Source of the DNA: Amoebophrya sp. A120 | Taxonomy: Eukaryota > Protista > Dinoflagellata | Assembly (NCBI GenBank): GCA_905178155.1 | Contig: CAJINV010000001.1 | Location: 16,395,166-16,459,165, forward strand | DNA length: 64,000 bases | Reading direction: 5' to 3' | In this document: positions 48,774-60,552 of the stretch, piece after piece | How positions within the stretch are numbered: position 1 is the first letter of the stretch | Layout of the letters: every line of letters starts with the position of its first letter | Made by a program: the position numbers and the translations under genes | The notes under the pieces: model-generated | Told to the model about the DNA's origin: nothing | Seen by the model: the letters and a program-made list of their open reading frames with translations, nothing else | Databases searched by the model: none

Positions 48774-51700
48774 ATGCGTGGCAGCGCTGATGGGTGTCGG
48801 CATTTCGCTGTGAGTGGTGGTCCACACGGCAACGGGGGTGTGCAGCGGCGGCCATGGTCCGCACGGGGGCTTGTCTTGCTCGACAGCAGTGTGGTCGGAC
48901 GCTTGCACGGAGAGGCAGACCACGTGGCGCAACCCTCCGTCCCCTCCGGGACGTCGCGTGAAGAGCCTATGTCCCCGCACCATCCGAGCATACTTGTGCC
49001 ACCACCTGCATCGGACCCTGCTACTGGTAGCTTCGCCGTCCACCCACCCGACCTCCAAGCTATGGAGCTAGACAAGACGGGCACGCCGTCTGCAATCGGA
49101 AATGGAGATAGCACCACTCCAAGGACGGGCCTGTATTTTCACGGACGAAGGAAAACCGAGGCCGGGTTCCGCCTGACGCCGCCACCGGTCGTGGAGAAGC
49201 CGATGGCCTTCCATGGGGTGCTGCCGAGCGCATCCCGCGCTGCCAACTCGCCGCCCCTTGCTGCTCCTGCCAGTGAAAAGCGACCCGAGGCCGAGCACAA
49301 CGGAACAACGCACTCAGCAGGGAGTATGCTAGAGCGGGACCAAGGAGCCAGCAATGCCTACACGACGCAGGACCGCAGCGTCGCTGCCACCGACTCGCGG
49401 GCCTCTTTGCGGAAGCGGGCGATTAATCCGTGCGTCTGCGAGAACGGCACGCCTTTTCCTTAGTATTCGCGCGAAAATGTGGGTCGAGATAAACGATGCA
49501 GCATCTAGCTGCGTTAATTTGAAAGTAGCTTTCCACAAAAATAGCATACAGCATTTTTCCATGCTGCGGACGAGTAAGACGCCACATCATTTTTTATGCC
49601 GCAGCAGATTTCTATCGATTCCTTTTTATTAGAGGTAGTAGAGCTACACTGACTGGTGATTTAGATTTTGGCCGCATACTCGATCCCTGATTTTCGTTCA
49701 ATATCATCGGTGCTTGGTGCAATGGTGTGCTACCAGACGTGACGCGGTGCGCTTCCTGCAACCAAGGCTGGCATCGTCAAGATGATTTCGACAAGCCGAA
49801 TTGGTTGTCCTGCCAGCCGAACACATGCGTTTGCGAAGACGGAGACGGTGCGAGCATCGGCACGCCCGCCACAGGATATTTTTGTCCCGAGAACGGCGGA
49901 AATTTCTGCTCCGCGTGCGTCACTGGGCGCCACGTGCATGACACCTTGGGCGAGAATTTTCTTAAATGCATTTGGAATGAATGCACCTGCAGCAACGGCG
50001 ACGCGGCCACGAAGGCAGCGTGTACAGCGCACGGACTCGAAAGGTGCGGAGTATGTCATACCGGGTACGTTCTGGACGACGGGCTCTGCGGGAAGGAAGG
50101 TTACAAGTGCAAGTGCGACACTGGAACGACCGTTCCGAAGGGGGACGCGCGGTGTCCCAGCAACGGCGCTGTTTATTGCACCGCCTGCAACAACGGCTAC
50201 TACCTGCAGGGGAACCAGTGCAAGCTCAACCACTGCACGTGCGACAACGGGGACGCAACGACCGGAACGGACTGTCCAAGCAACGGCGCCCAGCGGTGCA
50301 AAATTGACGAGTGCCACGCCGGGTACCATTTCCAAGGCGATTTTGCAGTAAAGGATCCTCCTTGGGGGACCTGCCAGCCGACAACCTGCACATGCCCACA
50401 CGGGACTGGGGCAACCGGCGCCGCGTGTGTGACGCATTTGTCGCTGCAGTGCGAAACGTGTAAAAAAGGCTACAGCCTGCAGGATAAATCCTGCGTTGCC
50501 AATATCTGCAAGTGCCCGAACGGGACGCCGTTTCCGCCTGGAAGCGAGTGGTGCGGCGAACATATCATGATGATGAAAGAAAAAAGTCGCTTGGAGCGAA
50601 TGCGCTCTTGCATTTTGCGGTTCGCATTGAACAGTAGTACTACCTAGTGCTGCAAATACATTACACCGAAATCCTAGTCAATGTCCGTTGTAGTTCTGTT
50701 TGCTGAAAACTGTCAAACTAAGGAATATTTGGTGAATATCTATGTGGAACCAGCAGAGACGAGAAGCAACAGTAGCAAAAACGAAATAGAGCACGAGCAC
50801 CAGCACGTGCATGAACAGCAGGTGACGACAGGCATTACGCTCTGCAATATCCCACGACGGAACCTCCTGCGAGTCTTGCGAGCAGGGGTGGCACCGGCAG
50901 GACAACCCCGACGAGCCCGGATGGCTTTCCTGCGTCGAGAATGTCTGCACTTGTGCAAATGGGCAAGTCGCGACCGGGCCATTCTGTTCTGAACACGATC
51001 CAGACAACCCCAAAACCGCGTGCAGCTCTTGTAATGATGGCCTGCACGTTCATGACGTCATGGGCCCAGATTTCCTTAAATGTGTGACGAACCAGTGCAC
51101 CTGTGCGCAGGGGACGCCGGCCGTGGGTACCGCCTGCCCCGTGCACCAGACCGAAAAGTGTGTCGAGCCATGCAACGGCGGCTACGTATTCGAAACTGTG
51201 AGTGGGCACGGCATGTGCAATCCCGAGGTTGGTAAGCAGTGTGTCTGCGGGAACGGAGTCCCCGTGGCCAAGGGTAGCTCGCTGTGTAAAAACGAGGGCG
51301 ATGTCGTTTGCGCGTCGTGCTATCGCGGCTTCCGAGGTTTGACCTGCGAAGAGAATGTGTGCCCCTGCGCGCACGGGACGCCTTACAAGGGTAAGGACTG
51401 CAAAGACGGCGATCCCCTGGTGCTGTGTTGCGAGACAGAGGGGATCACGAGGTGTAAATCCTGCGAGAGCGGTTACCGCATTCAAGATGACTTCAACAAG
51501 CCCGACGTGTTCAGTTGCCAGCCCATGCAGTGCGAGTGCGAAAACGGTTTTGGCGCAAGTGGCCCACCGGCGTGCCTGTCGGAGGGTGATCATGCGTGCA
51601 GCATGTGCAACATCGGCTTCGAGAAGAGCTCAGAAACTTGTCATGCTGAGCCAGCATCTGTAGCCTCATCATGAGACGCCACCCAGCATCACAAGTTTCC

Positions 51701-54700
51701 AGACCCAGACATTTTTACATTTGATATCGCGGCAAGAACATCCTGACCCGCGAGCAGGCCCGCGAAATTTCGCAGCCTGGGATCACCACGACCTTGGCTA
51801 ACGAACCGGGTCAGATCGTCAACATCGACATTGACTACATGCTGGCCAAGAACCAAACCGAGTTCGCGGGCATGGGATCTGATATCTACGGCCGAGCCAT
51901 CAACAACCAGTTCGACAAGTGCGAAGCTGAAGGCCGGGCAGTCAGGTATTGTAGTAGAGCGCCAAAGCATAGGCGACTGCTGGTTTTGTAGCATAAGTGC
52001 ATGGCTTAGGCAACACTCCACCCTTCGCCCGTGCTAGAGGCAAGCAGATCGTTTAGGAAGACAATGCAAAGGTTGTTGCGCGCCGGCAGCATTTGCTTGT
52101 CCGGACTCGCACATTAGAATCTCCTAGTGTTGATATCGTACAATTATTTCCGCCTTTTCAGGTACGTCCATCAAGAGAACCACTATGCGGGCGAGCACGA
52201 TTCCCGTGGCGGCGTCTACGGTGAACTGAACGCTGTGCACGGGAAGCACACCAAGAAGTTCGTCTCCATCTTTCCGCAGGAAGCCCAGGTAATGCAGGTC
52301 GGTATGGCCATGCGCTCCGTGCTGCCGGATAACAATCTGGTCTTCGTCAAGGGACCGCACACCATCTTCAACGAGCATGCCCGGGATATCATGAAGTACG
52401 CCGCTTTCCTGGTTTGCGATAGGGGATTGAAGGGGAACTGCATCTACTTCTTCGATGGCGGAAGTATTGCAGATAAGGACAACTTCAAGTACAAGGACGC
52501 CGAAACTGGGGAGGAGGTATTGTTCTGAAGTGCTTTTTTTCTCTCTTCGTTTCCACCCTGAAAGTTTCTAGCGTAGTGAAGTGCATCGAACAAAATTGAT
52601 GTGAAACCACCACAAATCTCATGATCTTATCAGATCCAACGCGACATGTGGCTCGCGGGCGTCGGTGAGCACCACAACACCCCGGAGTATTCTTCCTACG
52701 CGGCCGACGCGAACACGGTGATGGCCGTTCCCTGCGACATGAACGTGTTGTCCGCGTGCATGACCGAGATGGTCCGCCTCTACGACATGGGCCGTTTCAT
52801 CACTGCGGTTGCGCCCACCAAGGCCTTCCAGATCCTGCACCCGAAATTCGCGGCCTTGCCGGAGGGCCAGGGCTTCACGATTAACGACATCCTGAAGGTC
52901 GACTTCAAGGACAAGGGCAAGGTCGCCCCGAAGACCGGCCGACCCCTCATCGTGCTGTCTTACGGGCCGGACTCGAAGCTCGTCGCAAAAACCATCGCGG
53001 ACCACGGCGTATTGATTTAAATTTTTGCCTTGCGTGCAGCATGTGCACATCGTGCAGCAAGTCGGAGGGTGATCATGCGTGCAGCATGTGCAACATCGGC
53101 TTCAAGAAGAACTCGGACAATAGGTGCGAGCAAATGACGGAGGTGCTAGTCTGCGTGTGTCCCAACGGCACCCCATTCCCTGCCGCCAGCGAGTTCTGCC
53201 CGGCAAACGGCGCAACAGCCTGCGCCTCATGCGACGACGGGTATATGAGACAAAATGACCCCGCACTTGAGAACTGGCTTTCGTGCTTGGAAATCGTTGA
53301 ATATACCTGTATATCAATCGCGAGGGAGTCTGGGTTTGAAACGCGGAGCCAATTCTGCATTTCTGAACATGGGATACTTTTCTAGAGGGAACTTATTGAT
53401 CATCACAATTAATTTCGTGTTTGTGATCAACCCTCCTGTAGCATCACAGATAATAGACATTTCCGCTCTTGCAAACCAAGCAATGTTTGCAGTGCAAAAT
53501 CTGTTTGCGAGAACGGGACGCCGGTGCCGCCCTCGAGCGGGTTCTGTCCAAGCGAGGGCGCCAACGTATGCGGCCCCTGCGATTCGGGATACCACAAGGA
53601 CGGGTTCGTGTGTGCCGAGAATGTTTGCATCTGCCCCAAAGGCGGTCTCGGGACGAAAGGGCGGGAAAAGTTTCCAGACGGAAAGTCGAAGTGCTCGAAA
53701 GACGGTGACACTGCCTGCGCAAGCTGCACCGCGGGTAAGCACGTGCACGAAGAGTTCGATGAAAATTTTTTGCAGTGCGTTGACAACGTCTGTGTGTGCA
53801 AGACCGGCGATCCGGCTACGGGCACCGCTTGTGAAAGACACGGCGAATTCAGGTACGACAGACTAGCTGAGCTTGAGTAATTTTCCGAAATCAATAGTGC
53901 CACACCTACATAACTTCGCTCTACCTGTACTGTTTGGTGCTCTTTCTGTACAAATCAACTTAGCGCTGCAATATGACTAAGAGCGATGCTAATCTTGGTT
54001 CTGGGTCCTGTTTCCCAGTCCCAGCGAGTCGCGGACCAACAAAATCCTACGCAAAAACATCGGCGTCAGGTGTGCCGATCAGAGTGCTCCGTGCATTTGC
54101 CCAGGGGGACAGGCCGCCACCGGGAAAGATTGCTACTCGGCGGGAGCGAACGCGTGCTCCCCGCAGACGCAGTGTGCACCAACGGCCGAGTTCGTGGCAA
54201 AGGTTATGCCCCGAGGCGTGGATGGTGGTGACACGGTGACGCGCTGCGTTCGAAAATGCAGCTCGCTCGGTAGCGCTTCCTCTTATTCTTTTTTGGACGT
54301 CGGGAATAAAAAACAACAGGATCAAAGCAGCGAAAAATCCGCGGGACAAGAAAACAGAAGTCCTCTCCCACGACTAAGGCGGGAGCCGCAAACATTGCCT
54401 GAGGCGGAGGAGAGACAATTGTGGAGGCAGCACGATGAAAAATCGCGGACACAAACCAGTACCCTGGTGCGCCGTTCCTCGTCCGACCGCATTGTCCACG
54501 ACGGCCGAGAAGGCAAGTCGCGCAACTCTACCTTTTCTACTTCTCGAGATGTAACACACTCCGATTTATTTCGGCGCGGCGGACAAACTCGTGCTGGGCT
54601 TGCGCTCGGGGCCAGCTCCTTCGCAGAGCGCCGACAGCGCGCAGAGGCAGAAAACATCTGCAAGATCGAGGACAATTGGATTCTTCGGGACTTCTCGGAC

Positions 54701-55303
54701 GTACCAGACATGGACATCCCGACCTGCGCCGGGCCGGTCTGCGAAGCAAAAGTAGACAGCGAGGCTTGCTGTGCGCGACTCTGTCGCTCAATGGAGGAAG
54801 ACACCTGCCAGGGCTACGAGCCGACTTCGTTCATCTCTCGTCGCTCGATAGAGAGCAGCGCCAGGGAAAATCAGGCGACTCTCACCGCCGCCGATGATAC
54901 CGACGATGTTTCGACTGAGACTGGTGGAGACACTGGAGACTCTGGTAGGACCGCTACAACTACCGTCGCGGAAGATGTCTTCGACGAAATCATTCTTGAT
55001 AAGTTCCGTCCGTGCGATCCGCCTCTGGAGTGCCTCAAAGAGGTTTGTTGCGTTCCTAAGAGCCAGGAAACCGCAGAACCAGAGGAGATCGCACTATCGA
55101 TGACTGACGACGAAGGGGAAGAGGGGGCAACCAATGATACAAACAGCACCGTGCCGGAAGGAGGTTTCGCAATCGCAAGTGGCGTTCTTGCCGCTGCTGG
55201 TATTGCCGTCGCTGCTGTTGCCGCTAATCCGGAGCTTATGGCAGATAGAAAAGCGCGCCCATGGTTGACAAAGTTTGTTTTTCGCTCGGGGTTTGTCATG
55301 TAA
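48774..55303 (+). CDS. cysteine-rich repeat (furin/EGF-like CxC..CxxC) surface protein with C-terminal TM helix; interrupted, possibly a pseudogene
   Basis: Many CxCxNGTP...C...CxxCxxGY units across ORFs 49727, 51060, 53041 and 53524. Hydrophobic GGFAIASGVLAAAGIAVAAVAA near the end. A 1.4-kb insertion at 51635-53060; some junctions unresolved. Confidence 0.7.
49464..49703. mobile_element. decayed introner-like TIR element
   Basis: TATT..CGAAAATGTGGGTCGAG / CTCGATCCCTGATTTTCG..AATA. Removing the element plus 5 bp restores frame (GTPFPxGAWC). TSD not recognisable. Confidence 0.6.
51727..53031 (+). pseudogene. captured genomic fragment (with introns) of the fused dehydrogenase gene, corresponding to 32190-33487
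   Basis: Near-identical to 32190-33487 including two full introns. Mostly synonymous differences. Truncated at both ends. Confidence 0.95.
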
Positions 55304-56229
55304 GAGACGCTTGCGCATTTCTACGCGTTGCTATGGGCCACGCTTTCACCTCAGTGCAAGTTCGTGTCTTGCACTTAAAATATCTGTATGAGATGAACTG
55401 AGTCTCTTTGCTACGCGACACGGGCGCGCGTTTCCGTCGGATAGGTTTTGCGGCTGGTGTGTTGGCTGTTAGGTGACGCCGTGAATACGCTACCGAAGGC
55501 TTGGGGCGGAGGCATGGAATCTTTGTCCTATCACATGATGGGAGAAGTGCTCGACTCCGTGAAAATGCTTTCAGAGTAGGCCAGTGAGAAAAATACCGCA
55601 ATACCTATGCGAAGTGCAAAGCGTTGCTTGACTTCGTTCACGTTTAGCACTGACTGTTGACTTGGTTACAGTGTCAGTCGGTCCATGTAGAGTCGATTCG
55701 AGTTCAGCGACCGCATTTCTCTGTCGTCTGTGCCGTTGCTACTTTCCGTTTTTTGAATATGGCAAACGATCTTGACAAGGTGAAGATCTCCGATCGCACG
55801 CACTTCTCTGTGGGTCTCTCTGGAATACCGGATCCGAAAATATGGCTTGCGCACACATGTCTTGACGCAGCAGCCTGAACGACATCGCTTATTCTCCTGC
55901 TTGAGCACTGAAAACCGTTCACAGGCAGCCAGCTCCGTTATGCATGCGAACCGTTCAAACGAATCGGGATCGGCGCATTATTTCCGTTCCGAGGCAACCA
56001 ACGGCAATGTTCCGGATTCGTACAAATTGCTCCAGATGATCGCATTCGCTGGATCAATGAATAGGACAGTGGAGCCTCTTCAACTTCATGCTTTTTCTAC
56101 GGAGTCGACTCGTTTTTTGCGTACTCTCAGGTCGCGAACCTGCAAGCAGGAGCTGTTTGTTTGTTATCTTTAGTACTTTTTCTTAGCCCTAGGTCGGTGC
56201 AGGCGAACGCACCACGAAAGATTCATATC

Positions 56230-57568
56230 ATGCCGTCCGCAGAATCAGTTTCCGTCCAGCTTCATCTCGCGAACGGGAACCCGATCGAAAATTTGACTCT
56301 GCAAGTAGTTCCTGGTGTCACGACGGTGCACGATGTCAAATCGTCCCTTCCAGCAACGGCCTTCCCCGCAACCGTTCCTGCTCACAGCGGGCATCACGTG
56401 AAGCCACCGCTGAGTATGATCCACATCGCTTGTGGCGACCAGCTGCTCGAGGACGACAGTTTTCTTGTTGGTGAACGGAAGACAGACGGCGCTCAATCAG
56501 AAGACATAGCTTGTGAGAGCGATTTTCCCACAGTAGATGGACAGCCGATCTACTACCTGCTCAATACCTGCGGAGACGCGGACGCGCACGTCGCACCTTT
56601 CGTCGATCACTGGCTGCGTGACTGGCAAAAATTGGTCGGCGATCGGGTCAGACCACATGTGCCGATTGATCCGGGCGGCTCGGTCAGCAGCTACACACAC
56701 GTGTGCAGGGGAACTTCGCCGGTTAATCTGAATTCACTCGATGCTACGCAGATCGAAGCTTCTACCATGCCGGGCCGCAGCGATGTTTGTCTTGCTACGA
56801 CGAGTCTTGAACGAGAGAAATCTCGGCTGCGACTTCTCTCTCTGTTTATTTTGCGAACTTGTGTGAAGACTGGCCTGCAGAGAATGCAAACTGGAAAGAG
56901 TTCTGCGTTGTTTCGATTCGCAATAACTCTTGTAGTGCGAGAGCTTGAATTACTGCCACATTATTAGCAAGACAAGCACCATTTGCGGCGCAGGTACAGA
57001 AGCTCGGTTTACCTCGATAAATGTTGCAGAAGCCTTTGAAACCTTGATGACGGAGGAGTTGTGCGACAGTGCCTACCCCGGTGCGCGGGACGCCTTTCTT
57101 TCCTTCGCATATCTGTGCTCCCTTGAGGGCGACGCTCGAGCGGAGACTGACCATGACAGCGCGGCGTCACACGTCGCGGGCGCTGAGAGCACTGACCTCC
57201 CGCCTCGAGGGCGCATTCGGGAGAAGTATTTTGAACGGCAGCCGCGCATAGGGTCAAAAAACCTGGAACAGAAAAGCAACTACGGATCGGGACAGACGCA
57301 AGAGGCTAAAAATCAGTTCAATCATGGGCGTTGGATCGAGACAGTCGTGGATGCGTTTGGATTTGACAACGGTCCGTGGACAATAGGTCCGGATGTGTCG
57401 GTACTAGAGCTCGTCCCGCCCTCTTGGACTGAAGGGCTGCAAGACCTGTTTCCAGGCCTGGCCGAAAATCTTGAGCCGTGGTCGTGGTTGGGCCTCAGTG
57501 CTCGGACGAAAAGCAAGCGCGAAGATTACCAGGAAGCTTTGCGCGAATTGAATGAGGATTCGGACTAA
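56230..57568 (+). CDS. hypothetical protein, N-terminus ubiquitin-like in pattern
   Basis: Two overlapping ORFs (56161-56967 and 56945-57568), junction unresolved. VSVQLHLANG...TTVHDVKS...IACGDQLLEDDSFL. Confidence 0.45.
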
Positions 57569-58066
57569 TGGCGCCGCGATGGCTCGCACTTTCTCCATGT
57601 GCGGTTGATGTGTATAATATTTGATGATGATGAACTGCGAAGCAGTAGTCGAAGCTGCTTCCCAGACGGGGCGTTGCAGAATAAACCCAGTAGCTTTCGC
57701 TCCACGATGTAAAATAACATATGAACAGCAAGCGTCGACGACGGTCGGCGCAGCTTTCTCTTTCTCAAAGCAAAGAACCAGGGGCCACAACTGAAATCCA
57801 TTATGACGCCTCCTGCTTGGAGTAGTCTCTTCGAAAAACACAAAAAAGAACTTCTCTTGAAAAGTAGGCGTTGAAAGCGAGTGCTTTCGATAGACGCATC
57901 GGTCTGCCGCTGCGGGCCACCACTCTGGACCAAAGTCGCACGCTTCGAGATCCGCTAGAGTCTGAGTTTGCGCAAGCGTCTTCAATTCCTATTCGTTTCT
58001 TCGATTGAAATACACTCTTGCTGAATTTTAATTTTCGACGTCGGAAGCAACCTGCAGGACCAAGAA

Positions 58067-59347
58067 GTGGAGCAAAACTCAGCCTCCAGCCGCCTTCCAG
58101 CCGAGTCAATAAAGTCACCCGATCTTGGTGTAACCAGCAGCTACAGGAGTACCTCAAATACCACTTCGCTCTTCCTGCAGGCACAGGCCCTGTTCCGGCA
58201 CGTGCAGGATGTTTTCTTTCGGAGTCGCATCAACCGTTTCACCTTCGCAGCTGACCAGCTCGCCTGGTTTCCGGGCTTTGCGCACGACAGCGGTTTCTGG
58301 GCCAGTGTATCCCCAACGGAGCAGTCCATGATTCGCCAGTTTCGCCGGGAGGGCTTCCTACAAATCGAGCACTGGGACTCCCTGCCGTGGCCGGACGGAG
58401 TAGACGCAATCTCTTTGATGGCAGAGCCACCCCCACGACGCGAAGACTCTTCCGGGCGATCGGGTGACCTGAGCAGTGCCACGGCTGAAACTGCGGCCCC
58501 TTACCGGTGTATAAAGGAATCGCTTTGCTGTCGGGAAATTTTATCGAGTAGCATAATGCATGATCCAAACGTGGTTTTCTGTAGAATAAGCATTCCATCG
58601 CCGTGTGAGCACTACATGTTTATTTTCGGTTTGTTGTTAATCTGGCAATGTCAGCATCGTCAGTGGATGAGCAAAGTTTGCACATTTTCCATTCTGAGAA
58701 CGTCAAGCCGAAAAGAAAACTCGAAATGCAGGGACGATCGGGCAGACAGGTCTTCGCACGGGCAGGACACTGCAGGTGTGCGGAGGAAAACACCAAGTTC
58801 GTCCGCCGCTTCTTCTACCTCGAACGCCACGGCCCGGCACATTTCCGGCATCCTGCCGCACCGCTACCTGGTAAACCAGTTGTTGGCGCAGCCCACGTCC
58901 CTGCTGCGCAAGCTGGTGCACGGGTATCTCGGCGATGTGGATGTTTCCTACCACGGAATCCAGTGCCACCAGCTGAAAGAGGATTGGGAGCCCTCCGACT
59001 ACAACAACGGGGTCTGGCACCACGACGGGTGCGGCCGCCGGCTGAAGGCCTTTATCTACCTGGAGGATGTCCCGCTCACCAGTCGGCCGACGAAGCTGTT
59101 GCGGGGATCGCATCGGCTGGACTGGTTTCCCGCGACTCACACTTTCGGCAACGCGGGCTATCTGAAAAACCTCGCGGACGGGGAAGTGGAAGCTGCTTTG
59201 GGAAAGGAAGACACTGTGCTGATGACGGGAAAGAAGTACGGAGGATTCATTTTTGACACCAACATGCTGCACGGTGCGCACATGCACGTGTTTCCGCGAA
59301 AAATCCGCAATACCCGGCGAGTCTTCATCCTGGACTTTGCATTATGA
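58067..59347 (+). CDS. phytanoyl-CoA dioxygenase (PhyH)-family Fe(II)/2-oxoglutarate oxygenase
   Basis: WHHD, LKAFIYLEDV, PTKLLRGSH, FDTNMLHG, RRVFILDF. Start and a probable internal intron are uncertain. Confidence 0.75.
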   Translation: MEQNSASSRLPAESIKSPDLGVTSSYRSTSNTTSLFLQAQALFRHVQDVFFRSRINRFTFAADQLAWFPGFAHDSGFWASVSPTEQSMIRQFRREGFLQIEHWDSLPWPDGVDAISLMAEPPPRREDSSGRSGDLSSATAETAAPYRCIKESLCCREILSSSIMHDPNVVFCRISIPSPCEHYMFIFGLLLIWQCQHRQWMSKVCTFSILRTSSRKENSKCRDDRADRSSHGQDTAGVRRKTPSSSAASSTSNATARHISGILPHRYLVNQLLAQPTSLLRKLVHGYLGDVDVSYHGIQCHQLKEDWEPSDYNNGVWHHDGCGRRLKAFIYLEDVPLTSRPTKLLRGSHRLDWFPATHTFGNAGYLKNLADGEVEAALGKEDTVLMTGKKYGGFIFDTNMLHGAHMHVFPRKIRNTRRVFILDFAL

Positions 59348-60343
59348 AACTGCTGTAGAGAGGACGGGTTCCGTGGACGAACGATGGTTTGCGCGTGATT
59401 TTTGTCAGAAACAGGCTATGCTCATGCGGTTTCCAACATATTCAGTTTGTGTCATTGTTTTTGGATTTTTTTTTTCATGCAGCATAGATCTCAATCGATC
59501 GGAACTTGTGCGCGCGATGTGATATGGAATCAAGGATATTTTCACAAAAAGTCAGTGGCTCAAGATCCCTTTCAAATTCTCGCCTCACCAATAAATCGGT
59601 GGGGTGGGGGGGTCTTCGAGTTTTTACTCTTACCACAGCGACACCGTGTAGAGGTAGTTGACATTTTACTGAGTGAGAGACGTAGAATTCAACCACAATT
59701 TACACCGCACTAGAAACAAGTTGGTAGATTGAGTAGGCTACGACAAACCACAATGCAAACAAAACACTTTTATTAAAAAACTACAACCATTATACTTTAC
59801 TATTTAGAAACAAACAAACCTAGAAATACACTAACAAAAAAAAGCAAAAACTCAACTCATGCGCGCAATTCCAACGGGGAGAACGAGAAGCCTTGAGTCG
59901 TACCAAGACGAGCGGAACAGAGAAAGAAGCAGAAACTAAGCTGCCAGACCAGCATCTTTGGCGCTAAGAAATTGCAGACCTCGCACACGCATCTAGTTCA
60001 GAAATCCGCGACCGCTTCTTGCAACAACTTTTCTCGTGCGCTGTGCAATGACAAGAGCAGACAGTGCGAGACTTCACGAAAGGAAAAGCGAAAAGTGAGG
60101 ACCGGCCACAAAGCGATCGCAACACCGGACGCATTGCGGTTGAGCTTACCTTGCGGATATTTTTCCCGAGATGTGAAGCCAGCGAGACCGAAGTAACAGT
60201 AAGAGGGGCGCGTTGATACTGAACAGAAGAAAGGCAGCTGCGAGCTACTGACTGAAGCAGGATGAGATGGCAGTAACTGGAACAATAAAAGTTCCGCCCC
60301 TTATAGTGAAGACGGACAAAAGATGCGGAGCAAATCCTCAGCA

Positions 60344-60477
60344 AGCCGCTTGCTACTTTGCTTAGCCCACCATAAATCATCCGGGGGCGACTTCATGAGG
60401 ATTGGAGACAGCTTTGTGATATTTCATCGAGCCGCTTGCTACTTTGCTTAGCCCACCATAAATTTTCGGGGGCGACT
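60344..60477. repeat. ~34-50-bp direct repeat
   Basis: AGCCGCTTGCTACTTTGCTTAGCCCACCATAAAT at 60344 and 60430, each followed by GGGGGCGACT. Confidence 0.9.
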
Positions 60478-60552
60478 CAATGAGAAGGACATAGCGAAAA
60501 CATCTTCACTATATTTTAACCCCTTGTTGGGTATTCTATCTATCTATCTAAC

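Noticed and set aside
50563-53505. Further introners at ~50563-50830 and ~53310-53500 in the Cys-rich gene
   Set aside because: They start with TAT but I could not find a convincing TIR/TSD or a frame-restoring junction.
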